From contig CAZXFP010000001.1 of the NCBI GenBank assembly GCA_964640675.1, positions 134,700 through 198,699 of the forward strand: 64,000 nucleotides of DNA, read 5' to 3'. Under the pieces are notes generated by a model. The model was not told the DNA's origin. It did no database searches and saw nothing but the letters and a program-made list of their open reading frames with translations. This DNA is from an uncultured Prevotella sp. Its GTDB lineage: Bacteria; Bacteroidota; Bacteroidia; Bacteroidales; Bacteroidaceae. Below are positions 47,524 through 57,051 of the stretch, one piece after another. A program made the translations under genes and the position numbers. The number at the start of each line of letters is the position of its first letter. Within the stretch, counting starts at the first letter, position 1.

Positions 47524-49917
47524 ATGAATTATATGAAATTAGTCCGACATATCATAGCCTTGCTTGCGCTTGTATTGGTTAGTGCAGGTGCGAGTGCGCA
47601 GTCGTTTACGCTTCAGGGAAAAGTCTCCGACTCAAATGGCAACCCCATAGAACTGGCTTCCGTGATGGTGGTATCGCAGGGGAAACTCTCCATGACCAAC
47701 CTCAAGGGTGAGTTTAATATGACGCTGCAAAGCTCTGATAGTGTGGCGGTACGCTTCTCTATGGTGGGTTATAAGACGAAGACCCGCGTGCTCCGCAACC
47801 CCAAAGGACGGCAAACGCTTCTCATTCAGCTTTCTGATGACAACGAGCTGGGCGAGGTGACGGTTGAGGGAAAGAAGAAACGTCAGGGAACTACGGAGCA
47901 ACTCGACCTTGATAATGTGCGCCAAGGACCTTCGGCAACGGGAAATGCGGTTGAGGAGATGATTCAGACGCAAGCGGGCGTGAGCACTCACTCGGAGCTG
48001 ACGTCGCAATACAATGTGCGCGGTGGCTCGTTCGATGAGAATTCTGTCTATATTAATAATGTGGAGGTGTTCCGTCCGTTCCTTGTTCGCAGCGGACAGC
48101 AGGAGGGACTTTCCATTATCAATCCCGATATGGTGCAGTCGGTGGGCTTTTCCAGTGGAGGCTTTGAGGCCAAGTATGGCGACAAAATGAGCTCGGCTCT
48201 TGATATTGTCTACAAGCGTCCGAGCCGCACCGAGGCCAAAGTTACGGCTTCATTGCTTGGGGCGAGTGCTTACGTGGGGTTGGCAGCGAAGAAATTCACG
48301 TGGACGAATGGATTCCGCTATAAGACCAATCGTTATTTGTTGGGGTCTTTGGAGACAAAGGGAGAGTATAATCCTAATTTTATAGATTATCAGACTTACT
48401 TCTCGTGGCAGCCCTCCAAGCGTTGGCAGATAGATTTCATAGGAAACATTTCGGATAATCATTACAACTTTGAGCCGGAAGACCGTAATACGAACTTCGG
48501 TACGATGGAGAATGTGAAGAATTTCCAAGTCTATTTCGATGGCAAGGAGAAGGATTTGTTCCGCACGTTCTTCGGTTCGCTGGGGCTTACACATCATTTA
48601 AAGGACAATAAGACATCGGTTTCGTTGCTGGCTTCGGTGTTTACTACCAAGGAGCAGGAACGTTATGACATACAAGGGCAGTATTGGCTGACACAGACAG
48701 AAACGTCTGAGAATCTGGGAGTGGGTACCTATATGCAGCATTCTCGCGATTACCTTAAGGCAACGACAGGCGCGCTGAAGCTGATGGTGAACCGCCGGAC
48801 GCAGCATCATCATGTTGAGGGTGCGTTGATTTATAAGTTGGAGCGCATTCGCGAGAATTCTTCGGAGTATGAGTATCGCGATTCGGCTGGCTATAACATA
48901 CCGCACACGGGTGAGGACTTGAATATGGTCTACTCCCTGCGTGCCCGCAATGAGTTGAGGGCTAATCGTTTTGAGGGCTATTTGCAAGACAATTGGAGCT
49001 TCCAGAGCCGCGACAGTGTTCCAACGCTTTATACTTTGAGCTACGGAGTACGCTTCGCTCATTGGAATTTCAACGGGGAGAGCCTCTTTTCTCCGCGCGT
49101 TTCGCTGAACGTGGTGCCAGGATGGAATCGCAACTTGGCATTCCGTGTGGCTACGGGACTCTACTATCAAGCTCCGTTCTATAAGGAATTGCGCGACACA
49201 ACCACCATTTCCGGAGTCACTTATGCCAATCTGAATCGGAACATACGTGCTCAAAGTTCTGTCCATATAGTAGGCGCGATGGACTATAGCTTCCGTATGA
49301 TGGATCGCCCGTTTAAGTTCAGTGCGGAATTGTATTATAAAATACTTTCCCGTCTGACTCCTTATGTGGTGGACAATGTCAAGGTTACGTACTTTGGCGA
49401 TCAAGAAGCGTCGGGTCATGCGGCAGGTATTGACTTGAAGTTGTTTGGCGAGTTTGTGCCCGAAACGACCTCTTGGCTTACATTCAGTTTGATGAGCACG
49501 CGCATGAAACTTAACGGGGTGAGCCTTCCGCTTCCCACCGACCAGCGATATGCCATCAATCTCTATTTCACGGATTATTTCCCGGGCACCACGCGTTGGC
49601 GTATGAGCCTGCGTTTGGCCTATGCTGACGGTCTTCCTTTCTCAGCTCCGCACCGCGAGTTGGAAAGCAACACGTTCCGTGCGCCCGCTTACAAGCGCGC
49701 AGACATCGGTATGAGCTATCGGCTTTACGACAATCACGATGGCGGAAAGCCGTCTATATTCCGCAATGTGTGGCTTGGGCTGGACTGTCTCAACCTTTTT
49801 GGCATCAACAATGTTAACAGCTACTATTGGATTACTGACGTTACGGGGCAGCAATATGCCGTTCCGAACTACCTTACTGGACGTCAGATCAACGGACGCA
49901 TCACGGTTGAGTTCTAA
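47524..49917 (+). CDS. TonB-dependent receptor with N-terminal carboxypeptidase-regulatory-like domain
   Basis: Signal peptide; YNVRGGSFDENSVYIN, GGFEAKYGDKMSS plug; ends ITVEF. The track start at 47338 lies inside the repeat. Confidence 0.92.
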   Translation: MNYMKLVRHIIALLALVLVSAGASAQSFTLQGKVSDSNGNPIELASVMVVSQGKLSMTNLKGEFNMTLQSSDSVAVRFSMVGYKTKTRVLRNPKGRQTLLIQLSDDNELGEVTVEGKKKRQGTTEQLDLDNVRQGPSATGNAVEEMIQTQAGVSTHSELTSQYNVRGGSFDENSVYINNVEVFRPFLVRSGQQEGLSIINPDMVQSVGFSSGGFEAKYGDKMSSALDIVYKRPSRTEAKVTASLLGASAYVGLAAKKFTWTNGFRYKTNRYLLGSLETKGEYNPNFIDYQTYFSWQPSKRWQIDFIGNISDNHYNFEPEDRNTNFGTMENVKNFQVYFDGKEKDLFRTFFGSLGLTHHLKDNKTSVSLLASVFTTKEQERYDIQGQYWLTQTETSENLGVGTYMQHSRDYLKATTGALKLMVNRRTQHHHVEGALIYKLERIRENSSEYEYRDSAGYNIPHTGEDLNMVYSLRARNELRANRFEGYLQDNWSFQSRDSVPTLYTLSYGVRFAHWNFNGESLFSPRVSLNVVPGWNRNLAFRVATGLYYQAPFYKELRDTTTISGVTYANLNRNIRAQSSVHIVGAMDYSFRMMDRPFKFSAELYYKILSRLTPYVVDNVKVTYFGDQEASGHAAGIDLKLFGEFVPETTSWLTFSLMSTRMKLNGVSLPLPTDQRYAINLYFTDYFPGTTRWRMSLRLAYADGLPFSAPHRELESNTFRAPAYKRADIGMSYRLYDNHDGGKPSIFRNVWLGLDCLNLFGINNVNSYYWITDVTGQQYAVPNYLTGRQINGRITVEF

Positions 49918-50034
49918 TAGGGGAGCTTTTGTGGGGCGTAGGTTAAAGTTTGGTGTGAAAATGCCAAGTGTTTGGCGTGCCGCGTTGCGGTATCGTGAGC
50001 AACGGTTGGGAAACAGCTGGCTGTTATTGGTGGC

Positions 50035-52767
50035 ATGAGACTGAAATTCTCCATACATTATGGTGTCTTATGGGGACAAACGCTTCATGTTCTCATAACG
50101 TATCGTTATCGGGATGGGAGAAAACGGACAGAAAATCACTTGATGACACCGCAAGGCGGGGACTGTTGGATGCTGGAAACAACGCTCCCCGACAGTGCGA
50201 GACAGCCCTATGCTTCGTTTTCTTATTACTATCAAGTTGAAAACGGAGATGGTTCTGTAGAGCGGCGGGAGTGGCGTGGGGCTGAGCGGGCTTACGTTTT
50301 CGATGCGTCTGTTCATTATGTGTTTTCCGATTCGTGGCAGGAGTCACCCTCCGCACGCATTCTTTTCACCTCGGCTTTCAGTGTTTGGCGGCAGCAGTGG
50401 CGAGAAGATAAGGCGGAAGGTGATGATGTGTTGGGGCAGATACGCTTGCCGATGTTTCGGCGGACGATACTGTTCCGAGTCTTTGCGCCACAATTGGCTG
50501 ACAACGAAGAATTGGCTATCTGCGGCAATCATCCTGTTTTGGGTGATTGGAATCCCTCTTGCGCTGTGCGTATGCGGCGAATGGGTGCGCAGGAGTGGGC
50601 GATGACGGTGCGAATCGACAATGTGGCTTTGCCTTTGGAATATAAATACGTAGTGATAGACCAGCAAAGCCGCCGTTTGAAGCAGTGGGAAGAAGGCGAC
50701 AACCGCTCAACGGGCAATTGCCTGTTGGCAGATGGTGAGGCGTTGGTGCTTTTTGGTCATCTCGTCAGGTTACCTGAAAAGCGATGGCATGGTGCTGGTG
50801 TCAGTGTGTTGTTGTCGGAATTGCGTTCCGAAAGGTCTTGTGGTATTGGCGATTTTGGCGACTTACGCCGTCTGGTAGATTGGGCAATAAGTGTCGGAAT
50901 GCGGATAATTCACTTGCCTCCGTTGCATGATACTGTTTTGAAAGGAGATAGCCGGGACAATAATCCATACCATTCGGTGTCCTCTTGCGCCCTCCATCCG
51001 CAATATTTGGATTTGGTTGCGTTGGGTGAAATAGCCGACAAGGAAGCGATGAGGCGTTTCCGTGAGAAGCGAAAAGAGCTGGAAGCGTTGGGCGAAATAG
51101 ATGATGAGGCCGTATGCCGAGTGAAGTCTGATTACGCTTGTTGGCGGTTTGAGGAGGAAGGGGAAGCGGTCTTATCCTCGCAAGCGTTCAAGGAGTTTCA
51201 TCATAAGAATGCTTTTTGGCTAATTCCTTATGCCATTTTTTGTGTTAAACGTAAGGAGTTGACTGTAGGAAGTGCATCGGAAAGAGCCGAGTGGGGCGTT
51301 TATTGTGAAAAGATTTTAGAGGGAACGGAACGCCTTGCTCCATCTCTTCAACGGGAAATACATAAGATAGAGTACGTCCAGTATCACTTACACCGGCAGT
51401 TAAAATCCGTTTCCGACTATGCGCGTTCGCATGGTGTGGTCTTGATGACAGACGTTCCTGTTGGCGTTTGCCCCGACAGTGTAGACCGTTGGCTGTATTC
51501 CGATTTGTTTGATGACGCTGTATCGTTGGGGCAAATGCCATCGGATGAAATTCCGGATGGCCGTATTTCCGCACTCATGCCGTTTAAAAAGCTGCTTACG
51601 GAGCAACAACAAGCAGGGTTTGCTGCATGGTGGCATGGCAGGATGGAGAGAATGGCAGAGTTTTTTGATGCCATCCGTCTTCCGCAAGCCATCTCTTATG
51701 TTTCGGCGTGGGTGGTTCCGCATCATCAAGTCTGTGCCACTATGGGGCAATTCAGTCCCTCTTTGCCCTTGACCGTTGAGGAGTTGGCGATGTTTGGCTT
51801 GAAATGGCCGCGCGATATGTATGCACGGCCATGGATTGATGATGCAATGGTGGCTCAACTCTTTGGCCTTTGTGCGGAGAAAGTGAAGAGGCAATACCTT
51901 CTTCCTTCTTCCAATGGCTTTTATCGGTTGCGTGATGAGGTGGCTTCTCCTGTGCGTTTGCAGCACGTTTTTGAAGGGAGAACCGATGAAAGTAGTCTTA
52001 GTATTAAGAAAGGACTGTTGCGGCTTGCTGCCAATGTGCTGTTCGTGGAAGACGCTCATCGCTCGGGTGAGTTCCATCCCCGTTTGGGTGGATTACACGC
52101 ATCGGCGTTTCGGATGTTGAACGAAGAGGAAAGGCGGGCTTATCACCGCGTTTACCGTCATTATTTTGGCAATCGGCATGAGGCTTTGTGGCGTTGTTGT
52201 GCCAATCGTTTTCTCGCGGAGGCAGCCGGCAGCACACGTATGCTTGTAGTTGCCAGTGATGATGGACCGCAACCGCACGGTTGGGACGAGGCGTTAGCTG
52301 CGCATGGTGTGCTTCCTTTCAGCGTTTCTGCTTCTTCAAAGAGCGGAGATGCGGAGTTTGGGCAGCCGGGAAAGACCCCTTGTCGGAGTATGGTGGCGGC
52401 CAGTGAATTAGGTTCGGCTTCGTTGCAGCAATGGTGGGAGGAGTGTTTGCCACGTGCGCAGCGTTACGCCATGTCCGTTTTGCAGAAAGAAATGTTTGCT
52501 CCCTGCTCCTTGTCGCCAGCTTTGGCGGAGGAGATAGTGGCTCGTCATTTGCATAGCCCATCCATGTTCTGCGTGTTGAATATGCAAGACTGGTTGGCCG
52601 TCAGCGGAACTTCGTATGCCGAAGGTGCTCGGATGGAGGACATGGGGAGAACTCTTGGGGAGGATAATCGTTGGAGGAATCGTATGCCTTTTACGCTGAA
52701 TCAGTTACAATGGGATGATGCTTTCAACGAGAAGATACGGCAAATGATAAAAGGGAGTGGAAGATAA
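50035..52767 (+). CDS. CBM20-CBM20-GH77 4-alpha-glucanotransferase homolog with degenerate active site
   Basis: CBM20 (LGDWNP, EYKYV, WEEGDNR); GH77 GIGDFGDL, PLHDT, ALHPQYLDL, WWHGRM, WRNRM; catalytic motifs altered. Confidence 0.85.
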   Translation: MRLKFSIHYGVLWGQTLHVLITYRYRDGRKRTENHLMTPQGGDCWMLETTLPDSARQPYASFSYYYQVENGDGSVERREWRGAERAYVFDASVHYVFSDSWQESPSARILFTSAFSVWRQQWREDKAEGDDVLGQIRLPMFRRTILFRVFAPQLADNEELAICGNHPVLGDWNPSCAVRMRRMGAQEWAMTVRIDNVALPLEYKYVVIDQQSRRLKQWEEGDNRSTGNCLLADGEALVLFGHLVRLPEKRWHGAGVSVLLSELRSERSCGIGDFGDLRRLVDWAISVGMRIIHLPPLHDTVLKGDSRDNNPYHSVSSCALHPQYLDLVALGEIADKEAMRRFREKRKELEALGEIDDEAVCRVKSDYACWRFEEEGEAVLSSQAFKEFHHKNAFWLIPYAIFCVKRKELTVGSASERAEWGVYCEKILEGTERLAPSLQREIHKIEYVQYHLHRQLKSVSDYARSHGVVLMTDVPVGVCPDSVDRWLYSDLFDDAVSLGQMPSDEIPDGRISALMPFKKLLTEQQQAGFAAWWHGRMERMAEFFDAIRLPQAISYVSAWVVPHHQVCATMGQFSPSLPLTVEELAMFGLKWPRDMYARPWIDDAMVAQLFGLCAEKVKRQYLLPSSNGFYRLRDEVASPVRLQHVFEGRTDESSLSIKKGLLRLAANVLFVEDAHRSGEFHPRLGGLHASAFRMLNEEERRAYHRVYRHYFGNRHEALWRCCANRFLAEAAGSTRMLVVASDDGPQPHGWDEALAAHGVLPFSVSASSKSGDAEFGQPGKTPCRSMVAASELGSASLQQWWEECLPRAQRYAMSVLQKEMFAPCSLSPALAEEIVARHLHSPSMFCVLNMQDWLAVSGTSYAEGARMEDMGRTLGEDNRWRNRMPFTLNQLQWDDAFNEKIRQMIKGSGR

Positions 52768-52787
52768 AAACGTTTGGAAGAGAGAAT

Positions 52788-53432
52788 ATGAAAGAATATC
52801 AGACATATATTTTTGATTTGGATGGCACGTTGCTCAACACGCTTACAGACCTTGCGGCCAGCGCCAATTATGCTTTGCGGTTGCATGGCTTGCCAGAACG
52901 CACTGTGGAGGAGGTGAGAATGTTTGTTGGCAACGGAGTGAAGAAACTCATGGAGCGTGCTGTTCCCCACGGATTGGACAATCCCAAGTTTGAGGAAACC
53001 TTTGCCACCTTCCGTGAGCATTACCTTCAACACAGTCTTGACACCACATCGCCTTATCCCGGTATAGCGTCTTTGCTTTGCGAATTGCGCCATCGGGGCA
53101 AGCTGGTGGCGATCGTGAGCAACAAGTTTTATGCGGCCACACAAGAGCTGGCGCGTCATTTTTTTGCTGAAACCGTGGAAGTGGCTATTGGCGAGCGCGA
53201 GGACATACGCAAAAAGCCTGCTCCCGACACGGTGTTGGAGGCTATGCGACAGATGGGTGTGGAAAAAGACGGGGCGGTGTATATCGGCGACAGCGAGGTG
53301 GATGTGCAGACCGCGCGCAATGTAGGGATACCCTGTATCAGCGTGTTGTGGGGATTTCGCGATAGGGATTTCCTTCTTAGCCATGGTGCATCGTGCTTTG
53401 TGGAACGGCCAGAGGAGATATTGTATCCTTAA
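52788..53432 (+). CDS. HAD hydrolase, phosphoglycolate phosphatase-like
   Basis: FDLDGTLLNT, VSNK, KKPAPD, YIGDSEVD, WGFR. Confidence 0.92.
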   Translation: MKEYQTYIFDLDGTLLNTLTDLAASANYALRLHGLPERTVEEVRMFVGNGVKKLMERAVPHGLDNPKFEETFATFREHYLQHSLDTTSPYPGIASLLCELRHRGKLVAIVSNKFYAATQELARHFFAETVEVAIGEREDIRKKPAPDTVLEAMRQMGVEKDGAVYIGDSEVDVQTARNVGIPCISVLWGFRDRDFLLSHGASCFVERPEEILYP

Positions 53433-53515
53433 AGGTTACGTTTTGCAGCCTCATAGAGGCTCTTTTGCCGTGCAAAAGGTATGGTTTTGGTGGGTAAAAC
53501 CATACCTTTTCTTAA
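53428..53515. repeat. 4x22-bp element, copy 6 (overlaps the HAD stop codon)
   Basis: cttaaaggttacgttttgcagc / ctcatagaggctcttttgccgt / gcaaaaggtatggttttggtgg / gtaaaaccataccttttcctta-like fourth unit; between convergent genes. Confidence 0.85.
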
Positions 53516-53610
53516 CCGTTTGATAATTAGACGGTTGAGAGGCGTGCGGTTGCCCCGTGTGTCTGCAGGTGTGGACGCGGGTGGAGGGAGCATAAAGAAT
53601 AAACAAAAAT

Positions 53611-53677
53611 AAACGCCCGACAAGGCAAAGGCAAGACTTTTAGTCTGTGCCAAGCCTGTCGGGCGTTCCTTTTTTTG
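53611..53677. terminator. Probable bidirectional terminator
   Basis: aacgcccgaca...tgtcgggcgtt with a T-run downstream and an A-rich stretch upstream. Confidence 0.75.
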
Positions 53678-53702
53678 TATATTTAGTCTATTGAGATATT
53701 GC

Positions 53703-54941
53703 CTATTCGTAGCGGATGGCTTCGATCGGGTCGAGGCGGGCGGCTTTCTTTGCGGGATACCAGCCGAAGAATACGCCCGTGAGCGTACATACGGCGAAAC
53801 TCATGATGATGGTCCAAGGCTCAATGGAGATGGGCCAGTGGGCCAGTAGCTTCACGGCATAGGAGGCACTCACGCCTAAGAGCACACCAATGATGCCTCC
53901 CGTGACGCTGAGCAAGACGGCCTCGATGAGGAATTGGTTGAGAATGTCTATGCCGCGTGCTCCAACGCTCATGCGCAGGCCAATCTCTCGCGTGCGCTCC
54001 GTTACACTTACGTACATGATATTCATGATGCCAATGCCGCCAACGATGAGCGAGATGCCGGCCACGCAGCCCAGCAGCACGGTAAGCATGCCCGTGGTGG
54101 AGTTCATCATGTTGGCCAGTTCTTCTTGCGAGCGAATGTTGAAGTCGTCATCATCGCCGGTCATCTCGTCGGTAGCGTCTTTCAGCTTGTGCGTCCGGCG
54201 CAGGATGGTTGTCATCTCTTCTGTGGCCTGCTCCGTAACTCCCTCTATCACTGCAGAGGCAATGATTTGGTGCAGATAATCTTGTGCGAGTATTCGCTTC
54301 ATCACCGAGGTGTAAGGTGCAAGTACATAGTCGTCTTGATCCATACCCATGGAGTTGTATCCTTTTTTCTTCATCACTCCGATGACGCGGAAGGGAATGG
54401 AGTTGAAGCGGACAATCTTTCCAATGGGATCAGCACCATCGGGGAAGAGATTGTCCACCACCGTTTGGCCAAGCAGACATACCTTTGCGCTTGCCTTGAT
54501 GTCGGCATCGGTGAACATCTCGCCTTCTGCCACAGACACTTGGCGTATGCTGAGGTAGTCTTGGTTGGCTCCATAGATGGATGAGGGAGTGTTGTTGTTG
54601 CCATAGATGAACTGGCCGGAGCTTTGCACAAGCGGGGTGATGGCCTTGATGTAGTGGCATTCGTCTTTCAGCGACTGATAGTCGGTGAGTTTCAGCGTCT
54701 CCATGGAGGAGGCGTCTTGTCGCACGCCGCCACGCATATCGGCTCCGGGGCTGATCATGATCATGTTCGATCCCATTTCCGATATGTTGCTTTGTATGCT
54801 CTTCTTCGTTCCTTGTCCCACGGCAAGCATCGTAATCACGGACGCAATGCCGATGATGATGCCCAGCGCAGTGAGAAACGAGCGTGTCTTGTTGGCCGCA
54901 ATGGCGCGCAAGGCTATTTTGAAAAGGTTGCTGATGTTCAT
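53703..54941 (-). CDS. MacB-family ABC permease
   Basis: RSFLTALGIIIGI, GGIGIMNIMYVSVTERTREIG, PAKKAARLDPIEAIRYE. Confidence 0.95.
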   Translation of the reverse strand: MNISNLFKIALRAIAANKTRSFLTALGIIIGIASVITMLAVGQGTKKSIQSNISEMGSNMIMISPGADMRGGVRQDASSMETLKLTDYQSLKDECHYIKAITPLVQSSGQFIYGNNNTPSSIYGANQDYLSIRQVSVAEGEMFTDADIKASAKVCLLGQTVVDNLFPDGADPIGKIVRFNSIPFRVIGVMKKKGYNSMGMDQDDYVLAPYTSVMKRILAQDYLHQIIASAVIEGVTEQATEEMTTILRRTHKLKDATDEMTGDDDDFNIRSQEELANMMNSTTGMLTVLLGCVAGISLIVGGIGIMNIMYVSVTERTREIGLRMSVGARGIDILNQFLIEAVLLSVTGGIIGVLLGVSASYAVKLLAHWPISIEPWTIIMSFAVCTLTGVFFGWYPAKKAARLDPIEAIRYE

Positions 54942-54968
54942 TTGCCTTTGCTTTTAGTGCGTTTAAAA

Positions 54969-55721
54969 CTATTCGTCCGTATTCTCCGGCAAGGCGGCAA
55001 GTCCCTCTGCCGCGCTGAGGATGTGCTGGTTTACCTCATCGCGGATGATGCGCCCGTCGCGCAGTTCGATGTTGCGGCTTGCGTAGTGGGCGATGTCGGG
55101 GTTGTGGGTTACGAAAATGATGGTGCGTCCCTCCGCGTGGAGTTTTTGGAAGAGCACCAATATCTCGAAAGAGGTGCGCGTGTCCAGATTTCCGGTGGCC
55201 TCATCGGCAAGGATAACGGCGGGATTGTTGACCAATGCGCGGGCTATGGCCACGCGTTGCATCTGTCCTCCCGACATCTGGTTTGACTTGTGGTAGAGTC
55301 TTTCACCCAGTCCCACAGCTTTGAGCGCGGTAACGGCGCGTTCGAAACGCTCTTCCGCGCTAATGCTGGGATTGTACATGAGGGGCAGTTCCACGTTTTC
55401 CACGCTTGTTGTCTTGGGCAAGAGGTTGTAGCTTTGGAAGATAAAACCAATCTTGCGGTTGCGCAGTATGGCACGTTGCGACTTTGTCATGCTGCGCACG
55501 GCTACGCCGTCAAGGAGGTATTCGCCACTTGTTGGGGTGTCAAGACAGCCCAGCTGGTTGAGCAAGGTGGATTTTCCAGAGCCGGATTTTCCCATGATGG
55601 TGACAAACTCGCCCTCGTAAATCTTGAAGGAAACCCCGCGCAGTGCGTGTACGGTCTCTTCTCCCACAAGGAAGTCGCGTCTGACATCGCTCAGCTCAAT
55701 GACTACTTTCTTCTCTTCCAT
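54969..55721 (-). CDS. MacB/LolD-type ABC ATP-binding protein
   Basis: GKSGSGKST, MSGGQMQRVAIARAL, LADEATGNLD, VTH. Confidence 0.95.
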   Translation of the reverse strand: MEEKKVVIELSDVRRDFLVGEETVHALRGVSFKIYEGEFVTIMGKSGSGKSTLLNQLGCLDTPTSGEYLLDGVAVRSMTKSQRAILRNRKIGFIFQSYNLLPKTTSVENVELPLMYNPSISAEERFERAVTALKAVGLGERLYHKSNQMSGGQMQRVAIARALVNNPAVILADEATGNLDTRTSFEILVLFQKLHAEGRTIIFVTHNPDIAHYASRNIELRDGRIIRDEVNQHILSAAEGLAALPENTDE

Positions 55722-57037
55722 TATGGCTTGCTTTTCTTGTTGTCACGTCTCGGGCCGGGAGCAAATGGGCTGCGTTCTTCATTAGCAGCTGTTTCCTCTT
55801 CTTCGTTTGTTGTGACTTGTATGCCGGTGATGATCTTTTTGCCAGCTTTTATGCCAGAAAGTATTTGCGTGTGTGTGCCGTCTGTCATGCCGATGCTTAC
55901 GCGGTGGGCTTTGAGAATGTTGCCCTCCAAAGTCCAAACCTTGTTTTTGGCATTGCTGACGTCTTGGATTTTGTATTGCTTGCCCACGGTTTCGGCAGTT
56001 GGCTCGAAGCGGAGAGCCTTGCTTGGCACGCTCAGCACGCCGCTGCGCTCTTGTGTATAGATGGTGACATTGGCCGTAAGTCCGGGCTTCAGCTTCAAGT
56101 CGGCATTGGGCGCGCTGATAACAACTTCGTAAGTGACGACATTGTTGGTGGATGTGGCTTCTTGGCGCACTTGGGTAACCGTGCCTTGGAATGTGTCATC
56201 GGGGTAGGCGTCAACGGTGAATGTGACGCGCTCACCGGCTTTCACCTCGCCAATGTCGGCCTCATCTACGTCAGCAACCACCTGCATGTTGGTCAGATCT
56301 TTGGCAATCTTGAACAATTCCGGGGTGGAGAAACTTGCTGCGACGGTCTGGCCTTCCTCTACGCTCTTTGAGAGAACAACGCCATCGATGGGCGAAGTGA
56401 TGGTTGCGTAGCCCAAATTGGTTTGTGCCTGCTTGACTTGCTCACGCTGCTGCTTGACCATCTCCAATGCTTGCGACACATTTTGGCGGGCTGTGGTCAC
56501 GGCTTGGGCACTTGCGGTAAGACTTTGCTGTGCCTGCTGATAGCTCAAACGGGCATTCTCAAATTCGTTGGCACTGATGAGGCCTTTTTTATAAAGCGTT
56601 TCATAACGTTTGAAGTTGCTTTGCTGGTAGTTTACGTTTGCCTTTACGCTGTTGTAATCGGCTTGCGCTTTTTGGACATCGCTCTCTGCTCCACGCACTT
56701 GTGCCTGTGCGCTTTCCAATTGCGCTTTGGCTTGATTGAGCGAAGCAATGAGGTTGGATTTGTCCAGCTCAGCAATTACTTGGCCTTTTTTTACAACCGA
56801 GTTGTAGTCTACATAGAGTTTGCTGACCACACCAGACACCTGTGTACCCACGGTTACGGACGTTACCGGCTCAATGGTTCCTGTGGCCGTAATGCTGTTT
56901 TGAATGTTGGCTTCGCCAACGGTTGCGGTATCAAAGGAAACTGTTTCTGTGGTGTCCTTTCGTGTCACGAAGTAGGCGACTACTGCAAGTGTTATTAGTG
57001 CGGCAAGGATATACCACACTTTTGAAATCTTCTTCAT
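55721..57037 (-). CDS. MacA-like periplasmic adaptor subunit
   Basis: VGTQVSG, VKKGQVIAELD, coiled coil, ITSPIDG, VDEADIG, LKPGLTA. Confidence 0.93.
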   Translation of the reverse strand: MKKISKVWYILAALITLAVVAYFVTRKDTTETVSFDTATVGEANIQNSITATGTIEPVTSVTVGTQVSGVVSKLYVDYNSVVKKGQVIAELDKSNLIASLNQAKAQLESAQAQVRGAESDVQKAQADYNSVKANVNYQQSNFKRYETLYKKGLISANEFENARLSYQQAQQSLTASAQAVTTARQNVSQALEMVKQQREQVKQAQTNLGYATITSPIDGVVLSKSVEEGQTVAASFSTPELFKIAKDLTNMQVVADVDEADIGEVKAGERVTFTVDAYPDDTFQGTVTQVRQEATSTNNVVTYEVVISAPNADLKLKPGLTANVTIYTQERSGVLSVPSKALRFEPTAETVGKQYKIQDVSNAKNKVWTLEGNILKAHRVSIGMTDGTHTQILSGIKAGKKIITGIQVTTNEEEETAANEERSPFAPGPRRDNKKSKP

Positions 57038-57051
57038 ATTTATTTGACTCT

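Noticed and set aside
53513-53537. Palindrome aaccgtttgataattagacggtt beside repeat copy 6 as a dif/Xer site
   Set aside because: No recognisable XerD arm, and not present beside the other copies
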